From Octopus sinensis (lineage: Eukaryota), in contig NC_042997.1 of the NCBI RefSeq assembly GCF_006345805.1, positions 69,192,001 to 69,256,000 on the forward strand: a DNA stretch of 64,000 nucleotides, written 5' to 3'. Position 1 is the first letter of the stretch. Every line of letters begins with the position of its first letter. Below the pieces are notes generated by a model. That model ran no database searches. It worked only from the letters and a program-made list of their open reading frames with translations, and was not told the origin of the DNA. Below, piece after piece: positions 1 to 13,365 of this stretch. The position numbers were made by a program, and so were the translations under genes.

Positions 1-1589
1 ATAGATAGATAGATAGATAGATAAGCCATCCCTGATGATTCTTTAACGAGAGACTAAGTAATCTAAATTGGTTAATCATCACTCTCTCTTTCTCCCTCTT
101 TATCTCTCTGTTTATATCTGCCTATATATGCGTATATATATATATTATATATATATATATATACGTATCTGTGTGTGATGTGTGTGTTTGTGTGAGTGTA
201 TGTGTGTAAGTATGTATCATGTATTTATGTATATGTATATGCATGTATGCCATGAAAAGTGAACATACAGGAAGAATCGAGTGTTCACAGTGAGAGAGAA
301 TTGTCATCTTAGAAAATTAAACGTTGCGTAAAGTTATATATATACACCAGCGTATAAATGATACGTACATATATGCATAGACACACACGCACACACACAC
401 ATAAGCATTTATGTATGCAAAGAGGACCAAAAATAGTATTGTATTGCGGATGCAGTTTTCCATCTATGCATGTTTATTTCTGTTAGCCAATTATATCTCT
501 AAGTCAGCAAAGGGGAAGCATTTAATTTTCATTTGGTGAGGATATACGAGTTGAACTTTCCACCTCTTTGGTAATCATTATCAGAGTGAAGTTTGATAAT
601 TGTGTTATAGAATTAAGACATATTAATTCCGGAATTAATTCACTAAGTCGTTCTATTTATGATAACAATATGCTTGGCAACAATCCATGGATTCGCAACT
701 AATGCGTTGTCGATGCTTTTATTATTCTCTTTTTCTTTCATCAAACCATTATTGGGTTTGTCTTTTACCCAAAGCACTGTCAAGCCAAGGATATTAGTAT
801 ATTGTCCATAATAGTCGTATTTCACAGCAAAAGGCAATACAATGTATCTTCTCAAACCCAATTAATCTTCTAGTCTATCTTCTATTAATGCCTCACCCAA
901 GCATTTTTTATTCCCCGCCGTCTTGTGTGCGGTAGCCACTTTCACTTGATAGTTAATATTCGTCATTCTGCGGTAGAGCTCAGTCATTTTTCAGCACAAT
1001 GTGAGATACACAACGTGCTGTCGCCTAATGGTGAATCGAAACCATGCCTTTACAATCTTGACTCAAGTAGCTTAACTATGTAGCCACACCAAAGAAATAG
1101 AATGAGATGGAATCATAGAGCAACGTATCAATTGCAGGCTTAAAATCTTTAATGGTTTTGGATATCTATTGAGGGTAACAATTTTGTCGACGAGAAGTAT
1201 AATATATGAATTTAATAGGAACATCATGGTGGTAGTGGTGGTGGTGGTGGTGATGATGGTGATGATGTTAGGGATGATGATGATGATGATGATGATGAAA
1301 TTAAAATAATCATTATTTTTTCATTGGCCCCTATTGCTAGTATAAGTACAAAATATACGTGTACAAACGGAAAACAGGGCAAGTGTTGCATATATACACG
1401 GATTTATAAAAAATTTATTATTAAAAGTTAATAATAAAATTTAAATAATGAAATGTTTTAATCGATAGAAGACATCCGAACACTACCAGTGGAAGCCCCT
1501 CAAAAATCACAGTGACCCTGACTATATAGTTAAGTGCCCCTCCCATTTAATCCTGCTACAATCTAGATAAAATCGTATGTTCACCTCTC

Positions 1590-1868
1590 ATCTACCTTTC
1601 AACGAATTTGCTAGATGACAACACCTCCCTCTCCACCTTCAATTGTTTTTACAAGTGAAACCTGAAAAAGTTGATGTGGGCTTGGGCAAAGAGGAAAGAA
1701 TGTCTTCAGTGCTTTCACTCTCTTTCTACCAAATATCTTTCGCCATGACCACCACACAGATAAAAGCACCCTCCCTTTCCTGTCCAAAGGAACGCGGCAG
1801 AGCGATTTTCACTATGGACTCAACTGCTAGCCGGATCCATACTACACGTGACAGCAACTTTTCGACAT
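1590..1868 (-). mobile_element. Degraded 3' end of a Tx1/L1-type non-LTR retrotransposon ORF2
   Basis: Minus strand gives frameshifted RIRLAVESIVKIALPRSFGQEREGAFICVVVMAKD...INFFRFHL*KQLKVEREVLSSSKFVER. The same C-terminal motif occurs at about 63000 (FYLKRRVMIEREVLSS) and about 57480 (RLERRCLSKKMFKERW). Confidence 0.6.
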
Positions 1869-1934
1869 AGTAATCATTTCTGCTAAAAATTACAAGCGTG
1901 GAATTTTGTGGAGAGGGGGGAAATCAATTCCATC

Positions 1935-2069
1935 AACCCCAGTGCTCAACTGGTACTTATTTTATTGACCCCGAAAAGATAAAAAGTTAAGTCGACTTCG
2001 GCGGAATTTGAACTCTGAACGGACGAGATGCCGCTAAGTATTTTCCCGTCATGCTACCGATTCTGTCAG
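1935..2069 (-). mobile_element. SINE family A copy (tRNA-related head, GTCGACTT..CCTTTC..GGGGTCAAT core)
   Basis: Reverse complement of the repeat at 4882, 5098 and 43487. Confidence 0.75.
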
Positions 2070-4881
2070 ATTGCAGTCTTATAGGAAAATTTGTCACCGG
2101 TGGTGAACTCAAAACATGAAGTCGGAAGAAATACCGTAAAGTATTTTGGACGGCGCGGTAAAATCCCCGCCAGCCCGCTACCTTCCTTGCAATCTTTAAT
2201 AATAGCGATTTGTAACATCTGTAGAGAAGTATGAGCAATACTTTATTGGAGGAAAAAGAAAACTGTGAGGGATTTTGTCTTGGAATGTTAAAAGGAGTAA
2301 ATACTGTAAGTTATTCTATTCCAGCACTGTATATATTCTGAAAAAGAGAAAAGAAGATGAAATCAAGATCTGGAAGAATAGAAAAGCATTGTGAAAATCT
2401 ATAAAATAAAAGCAAAAAGGAAGATTGGAGAGCTGTTGGTAATAGAGGAAAAGGAAACAAAAAAAGCCAAACATACTGATAAAAAGAATATATGCAAGAG
2501 TGTTTATTATATAAACTTGATGTCTGAGATGTTGTGTGGAAACAGATATTTCTCCTGCGATTAGCAATGATTTATCAAGGAATCGAAACTAAGTCATAGA
2601 CTATAAATTAACATAACTAAGCTCGGTAAATTAGAATTGAGAACAAAACACAAGGGCATCAACAAAGAATTAGAGATAAAACAACAGCGTTTACGTTGCG
2701 TCATCCACAATTAGGCTTCGATAAATAGTTTTTATCTTCTTTTCCTAAGCAAATTAAGATATTTTTTGAAAGTGTAGAGTTATAAATTTGCTACTGTAAG
2801 ATTACAAACTACCAAATTGAAACAAAAGAAAATAAATAAGAAATAATACTGTTTATTCTTGAAACATAAAGCTATACTCATGTTTTTCCAAAACACCATT
2901 TCGTGTTCATTCACAAAGATTCTTTTGTCATTCTAAGATATATCAATGCATTTAGACCTTACTTTGTTGAAGAGGTCATTGCCTTCTCATATCTAAATAA
3001 ATTTCGGAGCTTTCTCTCTGTCTTTGTTTGCAAAATTAACCTTTGAGAAAATGAGTGCATTTTTAATAAGTGTGTAATTTTAACTAATTAAAATGTCTTC
3101 GTTTACAACTTAAAGCATACGTTAAAAGAGTGGGGGGGGGAGATTGTGAAATTCAAAATACATTTAAAATAAATGAAGCGAGAAAATATATCTTAACTGT
3201 GTAAACATATGTTACACACACACACACACACACACACACATCAATACACACAAAGATACTTATTTCCTCCCAATATACAGCAATACACTTTTACGTGGGG
3301 AAGTCCCCATTTTCCAGAATCTTTTTTCAGGATATTCATGGAATATTAGTAAGTACACAAAGTGCTACATTGTATTGTTATCCAGGTTCATAATTAGCTC
3401 TAAGCACCAATATCACTGCAGTTCAAATAAACAATGACAAAACGACATTATTTCGTTTCGTTTCATTCTGCAGCGTTCTCAGGTCCACGTGTAATATAAT
3501 TTTGTCAGACAAATTCCTCTGAAAGTAGGAGGAAAGCTTTAGAAATAGTCTCTTGTTTTAAACTTTGCCTTCCCATTTTTATCTGGTTTTGTAGCTGGAC
3601 ATGCATATATCTGCTGCAACAGCTCTTCTGAATGCTGCTATTGCTATAAACATTATTGCTGCAACGTTGCAACTATTGTATTTTGCAACTACTGTTTTGA
3701 TGTTTGTTATCAACATTGCTCTCCACCTTCATTTCAGATATTTACATATTTACATATGAAATACATTACAATATCTAATCTAAATCTGCAGTAGATATAC
3801 AAATCTTATTAACCCTTTGAATATGAAAGTTGTTACTATTTACTCCAAGGATTGCTTTGTCTTCCCTTATACACAAAGATACTGAGCAAATTATACGCCA
3901 AATGAATGTTAAACCGACCAAACAAATTCAATCAACTTCTAAAATTCCTAGTTAGGATCATAACTTTCAAGCAGTAAAAAAAAAGTTACCTTGGTTCTTA
4001 TGATAAGATTATACAATGTGGCACCTAAAACAGGAGCCACCCGCTGACACATTTTTGTTGTTTGGTGCCAAGCCAGTTCTGAAAGGGCAGAAATTTAACC
4101 AAAACATTCTAATAGTGACTAGGATTATGTTATATAATGTCCCTCTTCCTTTTAAGGGATTAAGATACGAATGAGGAGAATATGGATGCTATTTCCAACA
4201 GATAACGCAAAATGCCCTTATGCACAAATAAGCATATCTTTCATCAGTTTTCTCTGTTTTTCTTTTTTTTTTCTTCACAGAAATCTACTCTTGAAATTTT
4301 ACATGCGAGTCGTTTGTACTTTAATATGTTGTTATCGCCTTCTTTTACAATACCATGTGTAAATTATTGTATTCTATGTTGTATCACATAGTATACAGTT
4401 TTACGATAGACACTAAGCCTCAGATTTGTGGGAAAGCATAAGAGATTACGTCGATATTTGTATTTAATTTTTTAACCCTGGAAAAATGAGATGTTCTCTT
4501 GGTCTTGGCGGTGATTGAATTCAGAATGTGAAACAACATAACTAATTAACATAATCATAATAGGTGTGAGGCTGATGGATACCAAGATTGGCAAAATAGT
4601 AGACACATTTCTTTGCGGTAATTTTAGGCACAATCCTTCACGATCTGATTTCAAATCCTGGCAGAGTAAACTTTTAGTTTCATCCCCGGGGTTCTATGTA
4701 TAGAAGCCAGTGAATGAAACGAAAAGTACTTAATAAGTACCATTAGTGCACTAAATTGATCGATATAATTATCTAACTCTGACCTCAAATTAAGACCAAC
4801 TATATTTGTTGATATAGTCAATCGACTGTTATTTTTGTGTCTTGAGTCTATGTAATTACTATCATTGTTATGGAAGTCTGA

Positions 4882-5290
4882 GAGCTGGCAGAATCGTTAG
4901 CACGCTGGACGAAATGCTTAGCGGTATCTCGCCCGTCGCTACGTTCTGAGTTCAAATTCCTCCGAGGTCGACTTTGCCTTTCATCCTTTCGGAGTCGATA
5001 ATTAAGTACTAGTTGTGTACTAGTGTCGATCTAATCGATTGTCCCCTCCACAGCCAAATTTCAGACTTTATGCTTATAATAGAGAGATTATCCCTATTAA
5101 GGCGAGCTAGAAGAATCGTTAGCACGCCGGACAAAATACTGAGCTGCATTTCGTCCGTTTTTGTGTTCTGAGTCCAACATCTGCTGAGGAGTCGAGGAAA
5201 TAAGTACCAGTTGAGCACTAAGGTCCGTGTGATCGACTAGCCCATTCCCCTAAATAATTTCAGGCCTCTGCCTATAGTAGAAAGGATTAT
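4882..5290 (+). mobile_element. Two tandem SINE family A copies (about 4882-5087 and 5098-5290)
   Basis: GAGCTGGCAGAATCGTTAGCACGC...GTTCTGAGTTCAAATTCC (B-box-like)...GTCGACTTTGCCTTTCATCCTTTCGG occurs twice. Further copies at about 9990-10112(+), 38685-38877(-), 43487-43680(+) and 52835-53052(-). Confidence 0.8.
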
Positions 5291-5944
5291 TACTATTATG
5301 AACTTTGGCTCGGCTGAACAAATATGCAGTTCGCTTCGCAAATATGATTGCCAGGTTCACTCCTACTGGGAAGCAACTTGAACAAGTGTCGGTTACACAT
5401 AGTCTCGGATCACCCAAGCTTTCTCAGGGTAATTAAGTTAATAGAAACTGTCTGGAGCCATGTGAAATAAATTTTCCTCATTCAAATGCCTAGCCTTATA
5501 TCATCCTTATACAAGCTGCAGAATTATATCAAAGATATGCGTGTCTATCAAATACTCTATTCGTACACAAATTCTCTGAGCAGTGTATAAGTGATTGGAT
5601 AATTGAACATTCATCTTCGAAGCTGATGGTGATCCGTTTACGCAAATAAAATTACATATCAAAAAGCTGCGATGAACAGAATTTGTAGACAGTAAAAAAT
5701 CGCGCATTACATTATGTTCCAAGTTCAAATCCATCCGATATTGAATTCATACAGCATGTATTATGTATCATATATCATGTATCCCAAGTAAGTAATGAAG
5801 TTGATTAAATCACCTAATACACACCTCAAGCTATCGATGTTCAACTTAAGCTATCTTGATGCAAACAGCCATATTTATTCAGAAAGAATTCATACTTGCA
5901 CATATATTCTGTATTTACACCGGTCTAAAAAGCTGTTTTATTTT

Positions 5945-8062
5945 GTTAGTTAGTTAGTTAGTTAATTTGGCTCAAAAGCAAATAGCAAGGCCATGTAGGG
6001 GGACATGGAGTTAAGTACAGGGTGGTGTTCATGTAAAGAGTTCAGGCCACTTGAGGTCCAGGGAGGCTTTGAACAAAGCAGTCGTCGGCATCTTCACCAT
6101 CTCGTCTGGCAGCTTGTTCCACGGATCCGCAACCCGGACGGAGAAAGCTCCTCTCCTTCGATTGAGATGAAATCGTCGCAGGTAGAGCTTTTCGGAATGA
6201 CCCCGCAGCCGACGCTCCGGAGCAGGAGTGAAGAACAGCTCTTTCGAGAGGTTACACTTCCCGCTTATGATGTTGTGGGCGAGAATGAGATCACCACGGC
6301 GGCGGCGTTTTTCAAGAGAACAAAGGTCGAGCGTCCTCAGCCTTTCTTCGTAGGACAATTTTTGAGACCATGAACCATGCGGGTAGCCAGCCTCTGGACT
6401 CTTTCGAGGTGCTGTATGTCTTTGAGGAGATAAAGAGAAGAGGCTTGAATCCCATACTCCAATATGGGTCTCACCAGCGTGACATAGAGTGGCAGGAATA
6501 TGGCTGCTGTGAGCATTCCGAATGACCGTCGAATCAAAAACAGAATTCCGCGCGCTTTGTTGGCAGCATGGACGCACTGGACCGAAGGCGAAAAGGAGGA
6601 ATCCACTAAGATACCCAGGTCCTTTACCTGATCGGTCCTCTCCAGCAGCAGACGACCCGGCTCGAAATCAAGTTGAGTTGCAGGAGTAGAGCCGACAGGC
6701 AGATGACAGCACTTTGACACGTTCAGACACAGGTCCCAATTGTTAGACCACTTCCAAATTTGGTGGAGGCATCGACGAAGATCCTCTATACTACCGCGAG
6801 GAGCGACCAGTTTGATATCGTCGGCAAATAGAAGGGTGTGTTGCGTGAGGTCGTCGGGCAAGTCATTTATGAAGACTAAGAACAACAAGGGCCCAAGCAC
6901 TGAACCTTGAGGCACGCCACTGCTCGCACTGGAGACGTCGGACCGCGAACCATTAACTTGAACTTGGAAGGAGCGATCTGAGAGGAAGGCACCAACCCAT
7001 CGTACAATATCCGGATGGAAACTATATGCTTGAAGCTTGACAAGTAGTAGGCGGTGGTTTACCGAGTCAAAAGCTTTGGCAAAGTCCAATAAAACGATGT
7101 CAACAGCATCACTATCATCGAGGATGCGCGTCACCAATTCTTCCATTACTAGTAAGTTGGTCAAGCATGATCTCTTCGGCACGAAGCCGTGTTGGGAATC
7201 AGTGATCGAGGCTGTGTTTAGGAGGTGGAGCATCATACTTTTCTTAAGGATGGTTTCGAACATCTTGCTGATTATTGATGTAAGGGAAACCGGTCGGTAG
7301 TTAAGCGGGTCTTCGCGGCTCCCTTTCTTGAAAATTGGGCAGATTATCGCTGTTCTCCAGTCTGCAGGTATAACACCCGTCGCCAATGACATATTGAATA
7401 GTCGTGTTAAGGGCTCGCAGATGACCGGAGCCAACGCTTTGATAACCCGTGGGTGTATGCCGTCAGGGCCGTGACCCTTGTTGACATCGAGGCCTTGAAC
7501 AACACGTTTGACTTGGTCCCGCGTGATGATCAATCGAAGCATTGGAGGTACCGATCTATCAAATGGAGGGGGTTCACGACCATCATCTTGTTTGAAAATA
7601 GTTGAAAAAGCCTCGGCAAATAATTGACTCTGTTGATAAGGGTCCTCAATCGATACGCCTGTTGAGTCTACCAACGTTGCAATCTGGTTGTTCAAGCGGG
7701 AATTCCGCTGGACATGGGCAAAGAAGGATTTTGGATTGCTACTGGCATTTGCCGCGATTTTGTATTCATAACTGAAGCGTTCTTTCTTTTCAATTTTCAC
7801 GGCTCGGTCTCGTTGAGTTTTGTACACCTCAAAAGCTGCAGTCGAATCCAGATTTTTGAATTCAGCCCAAGCAATATCTCTGAGTCGACGTTCTCGTTTA
7901 ACCTTCTTCGTCACCCAGGGCTTGTGTTTCTTCCTCTTGGGAAGTCCAACGGGAACTGCCTGGTCAGTCAAACAGATTACATATGCTTTGAGGGATGACC
8001 ATAGTTCGTCAACTGAGGACAACGTCATCAGGGAACGCCAGTCCAGAAGCGCGGAAGCCTTT
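5945..8062 (-). mobile_element. 5'-truncated CR1-type LINE with (AACT)n 3' tail
   Basis: RT ORF on minus strand; TTAG repeats at 5945-5965 form the 3' tail. The sequence is visibly more GC-rich than its flanks. The endonuclease domain is absent and the element starts near the DW linker motif. Confidence 0.92.
6029..8028 (-). pseudogene. Non-LTR reverse transcriptase (ORF2 remnant) with one frameshift at about 6359-6363
   Basis: Motifs GPDGIHP, NYRPVSLTS, QHGF, LDFAKAFDSV, GVPQGSVLGPLLF and LFADD. The CR1-type C-terminus LSYEERL..L.SLEKRR.RGDL...RGH...FSVRV...WNKLP continues in the 6029-6577 frame. The shift lies in an A5 run (MVHGLKN / LSYEER). Confidence 0.93.
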
Positions 8063-8795
8063 GTATACTTCTATGCCTCTATTTTAAAGGACCTAATATG
8101 GAAATCAACTGAAAAAGATGAATAACTAACATGAGAAGTAACCAAGCAAATAAGCAGACTGTATGATGTGATGTATGTTCGGTTTAGAAGCCAAAATGAA
8201 TTTGCAAGTTCACAGAAACTGTTACTCTCCATCGGTTCGACAATGTGTGTATGTGTGCAGATGGTTAGCGTTCGAGTTTGTGTATGTGTGTGTGTGCACG
8301 TGTGTGTGTGGATGTGTGTGTGTACAGTACAATTGGCAGTAAACAATGATTATTTAACTAATAGCCACTTTGTTCATTTTACCTGTGTTCAAGCCAGTAT
8401 ATTGGCAGAGATGCAACACTTCAACATGTGCATTCAAACAATGTTAGAACAAGACAATTGCACGTCCCTTCGTTGGCGTTGTTATTCGTATTATTCTGAT
8501 CGCTATTGTTGTCACTGCTGATGTTGATGCTTTTTGTGAATTATGTTATTCGTCATGTAATTACTATTGTTGTTGTTAGTTGTCAATGATACTTTTATTA
8601 GTTATCGATATTATTGTTGACTATGTCTTTTGTAGCATCATTGATATCGCTATCGTTGGTGTCGATACTGTCGTTTTCATTCCTGTTATTGTATCACTAC
8701 TGATATCATGTTGATATTGCTGTCGTATTGGAGTTGTTGTTGTACTAGATATTGTTTAAGTTGGTGATAGCCTTGTCGATATATTTATATATATA

Positions 8796-9160
8796 GGCTC
8801 AGGAGTGGCTGTGTGGTAAGTGGCTTGGTTGCTAACCACATGATTCCGGGTTCAGTCCCACTGCGTGGCACCTTCGGCAAGTGTCTTCTGTTATAGCCTA
8901 GGACCGACCAAAGCCTTATGAGTGGATTTGGTAGACGGAAACTGAAAGAAGCCCATCGTATATATGTGTGTGTGTATGTTTATGTCTGTGTTTGTCTCCC
9001 CCAACATCGCTTGACAACCGATGCTGGTGTGTTTACGTCCCCGTAACTTAGCGGTTCGGCAAAGAATAGCGGACTTACAAAGAATAAGTCCTGGGGGCGA
9101 TTTTCTTGACTCCAGCTTGGCCGCAGTCAAATGACTGAAACAAGTAAAAGAGTAAAAAAG
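8796..9160 (+). mobile_element. SINE family B copy (GGCTCAGGAGTGGCTGTGTGGTAAG head; CAGTCAAATGACTGAAAC(AAGTAAAAG)n tail)
   Basis: tRNA-like head with GGTTCAGTCCC B-box. Homologous copies at about 37396-37757(-), 35985-36140(-), 52435-52590(-), 51945-52080(-), 47982-48180(+), 34065-34265(+) and 16085-16140(-, tail only). Confidence 0.85.
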
Positions 9161-10808
9161 AGAGAGTATTTAATGTTGTTGCTATTATTGAGAGTGCATG
9201 TTGTTCTTGGTGTTATTATTGATATTGTTGTTATTGACATTCTTCGGAGTGATTTTGCTATTGCTATTGAAATTGTTGGTGTTGATATCGTTGCTGTTGG
9301 TTTTTACAGTTATTGTTGTTCTTGGTAATGATGATTGATACTTTTGTTATTGCTGTTGCGAAGCTGTGGCTGCTGTCTATATTATTGATGTGGCAAGTGT
9401 TGTTCTTTCTAATGATAGTGATGTTGTTCACAATGGTATTGTAGATATTTTATTTTGCTGTCTGCTCTTATCGATGAAAATTATGATCAAATAACTTTTG
9501 GCTGTGACCACTCCGTTACATTTGTTTGTTTCTTTGGGTGTGGTATTTAGATCTGATTTATCTACTGTAGTCTTCCTCTCTTTAAGACATTTGTACATAA
9601 TTTGTGGTAACAAAATTACTGTCTAGTGTATTAGATCCAACGACCGTCAGGAGAGGATCCAACGAATGCGCTTTATTGAGTCGAATGAACTGCTAGAAAT
9701 AGCAGTCAAATCATCCTCCAGTCACAACGCTGTCTTCAAACAAAGGTTAGCTTGGATAAAGTGATTCGTGGCTCCTGGCACATGAGATTATATGGTATGT
9801 TTACTGCTAGATCACAATTTTGCATGATTAACATTAAAGCAATAGCAACAACAGCAACAGTTTGTTGATAGTCATGGCTGTGAATGGGAGATGTCAGTGA
9901 TCATAATAATAATGTTAATTGTGGCGTTGGTTCCAACTCAAGTGGTGTTCACTGGATTAAGTAGATAATGTTTGCATTATTAACATCGCTGATAAGGCGG
10001 CGAGCAAACTGAAACTTTAGTATGCCGTTAAAAATACTTAACGGCATTTCGTCCGTCTTTACGTTCTGAATTAAAATTAAAGTCTACGTTGACTTTGCAT
10101 TTCATCCTTTCGTTTCTCACAGATGTTTCAAAAATTAGTTCCTTTTATGGAGAGAATGTGGCTCAGATCGATTTAAATTAACGTACTGATTGATTGCTTG
10201 AGGATGGTTACGTAATGAGGTATGAGAATTGAGGCCAATGCTCTTCTACGTCGATGTAAGAGGCCATGTGATAGCTCCGTCTGCAGGTCACGTCACAGGA
10301 TTATTCTAGTAGATATGACGTGACAGTCAGATCAATAGCTGTGAACTGTTTTCTTAGGACTGTGCTTATCGTAAAAAAACAAAGATGATGTATCTGGACT
10401 GTGTTTTAGTCTTTCGTAATATTCAATGTCTATTACTTTAGCGTATACTTCTTCTTTCTCTCTTATCTACTCTTTCAAGTTGTGCCTGTTTTAATTCCTG
10501 GAGATTTCAAGATTGAAAATAACTGTACGAATTTTTCTAGCTATGTTAAAAGGTATATTTGTTTTGGGTGATATGAGGTAAATAGTAGCTAGTTTAGAGC
10601 CCGTAAATTTGCAATGTCTTAGTAATTGGAAACTGCGGGCATGTACGCGTTGTCGTCTCTAAGGACTTAATAGAAAAAAATCGACCCCAGTAAGTACTTT
10701 TAAAGTCAGGTACTTACTCTATTGCCTCAGTGCTCAGCCGCTAGGTTACGGGAATGTAAACCAGCTTATTAAACAGTGGGAGTGACAGACACAAAGACAC
10801 ACACACAT

Positions 10809-10891
<83 letters not shown>

Positions 10892-11039
10892 ACACGCTTC
10901 CACACAGTCTTTGTCAACCAAATTCATTTTCACAAGGCTCAAGGCAACAGTAGAGAACACTTGTTTGAGTTGCTGCACAATAGGACTAAACCCAAAACAA
11001 CGTGGCTGCAAAGCGAACTTCTTAACCTCAAATTTCACA

Positions 11040-11091
11040 ATCTGTCTGTCAGTCTATCTATCTATCTATCTATCTACCTACCTATTTGTCG

Positions 11092-11124
<33 letters not shown>

Positions 11125-11230
11125 CCTACCTATCTATCTATTTGTCGATCTATCTATCTATCTATCTATCTACCTACCTACCTATCTATCTATTTGTCGA
11201 TCTATCTATCTATCTATCTATCTATCTAAG
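11040..11230 (+). repeat. (CTAT)n microsatellite with higher-order TTGTCGAT interruptions
   Basis: Three TATTTGTCGATCTAT units spaced about 52-56 bp apart inside CTAT/CCTA repeats. Confidence 0.85.
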
Positions 11231-13365
11231 TAACCACCGTATAGCAAACACAATGCCATTGTCGTACTCCACTATCTTTAGCATGTTCGTATTAGTAGAT
11301 ATTCTACTATACATACACATATGCCTCTATGTATTCTTATAGCTTACTCTTTACATGTGTGTGTGTGCATGCGTGTATGTGTGTATGTGTGTATGTGTGA
11401 CTGTATGAAGGACTTTATGTGTATGCCTAAATATGCAGTCAGAACTATGTTCAGTAAAAACAACAGACCGTATTGATCGAGTAGTATGTCTTTTGTTAAT
11501 GTTCATCACGTCTCGGAGATGATAAATCTGTTGACCAATCTAGTATGTAAATAAAACTTGTTTAAAGTTGTCACATATAGCATTAGTATTCTAATTTCCT
11601 TGTGATATTATACACTTACCTCGTCCTTAAAATTCGTATTGTCTAGTTTTTATAATTCATAATCCAATGGATGACTGTTATACTTTGCTCTTTCGCTTAA
11701 CACCTTATTAAAAGTTAGTAATGAAATCTTTTTAAAAGGGTTTCATGCCATCTCATCTAGTGGTTATATGTTTGCATGACGCCTATGTTGCAAAAGTTTC
11801 TATCATTTTGAGAATATTGATTACTTTTATAGACTGAAAATGTCAAATGTAGAGGAGAAAGCCATTCAATGCGCAGTGGTTCTTTACTGATATATACATT
11901 TCATCTACTTCGGGAAAAAGAAAAGAAAAAGAAAAAAGAAACGTAATCCAAAACCGATTGGATTTGATCACATAACGTTAAGAGCTGTAAATCAATAATG
12001 AAAGTCATTATATAATATCGGATGTTCAACGGACTTCGCTGATCATCTGCCATTGACAATCACTGTATCGATGTTGTGATGTTGTTGTTAGTCTAAAAAC
12101 AATCCATTTCATGGCTAACTTTAAGTAAAGACAATCAGGTTAACTTTAAATAAAGACAAACAAACTATTGTCATATTGAGAGACTAAGGAAAGATATGAG
12201 GAAAAAAACTTCCTATAACAGTGTTTATATTCTAAGAACATCAAACTAGAGATGAGACAATTGCAATTTAGAAAATAAAGATGATGCAGATGGAAGTGGC
12301 TACTAAAACAGATTCTACTCAGTTAGGTATATGTAATTTGTATAATTCATTATATTATACATATGAGAGCCCACTTGATGCGCATTTAGAATTCAGAAAG
12401 CCTCTGTGAGGTATTTTCCTTCAACCGTATTGCTGATAATTATAAGCAGCGTAACTCCATTCTTTTTTATTTCTACAGATACTGATCATTCAAAGTCTTG
12501 CCAACTCAGTAGAATATGCTTCACTAAAGAGGTTGAATAAGACCGAAATTTATCCACTGCTATTTTTGTGTAGGAAGGAATTCAAAATCTAAGAAGGCTG
12601 AGAATGATTTGAGAAAGATCAGGGCGAGGGAAAGAGAGAGAGGAACGGAGTAAATTAAGAAAAAATGTAATGGGGATTAACAGAAGCATTACGGAAAGTC
12701 TAGCTAAAGATTTGAACGAGGAGTAATGTTTTATTGCTACCATCTTGCATACTGCGATGCACGAGTACACAATAATATTAAAATTCAGATGAAAAGAAAA
12801 ATTATAAATATAATAAGTATACCGGTAAAATCCTCGTTGCACGTTGAGAAGCCTCCGAATGTGCTTGCAGGAGCCATTTCGCATAGGGTGATCTCCTCAA
12901 AATATAGAGCCGACAGAAAGCTTCATTGTAAAGCAAAGGCGGTTAAGATAGGTAAGAAAGAGCATGTAACCTTTGCTCTTAGCCAACTAAATCATATATA
13001 TATATAGGGGGGTATGTATATATATATATGCTGGGGCGGGGTATGCATATTTGCAGGCTTTGCGACAAAATTTGAAGCTAATATTTATCAGAAGCAAAAG
13101 AGTAACATAAGGCAAAAGAGATTCGTGCGTTCGAACTTATGAAACATCACCAAACCTATCACGTGCCTTGTGACCATTTTCATCTCTCTCTTCCTTTTTC
13201 GCTTCAACTCGATTAATCGCGCTTCTCTCGTCTCTTTCTCCGCCCGCTTTCTACACGGCTGTTTTTTTTTTTTTTTTTGTTTTTTTTTTCACTCTTCGTT
13301 CTGGTTTTCCGTATGTCCGTTTCTCGTTTCCAGTCCTATAAGACATTTTCTGGCATATCTGCTTC

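Noticed and set aside
12240-12725. Splice-like signals (AG|GTAT donors, TTTCTACAG acceptor) suggesting small exons
   Set aside because: All three frames after the acceptor hit stops quickly and no recognisable product emerges; this could only be a lncRNA, which needs RNA data.
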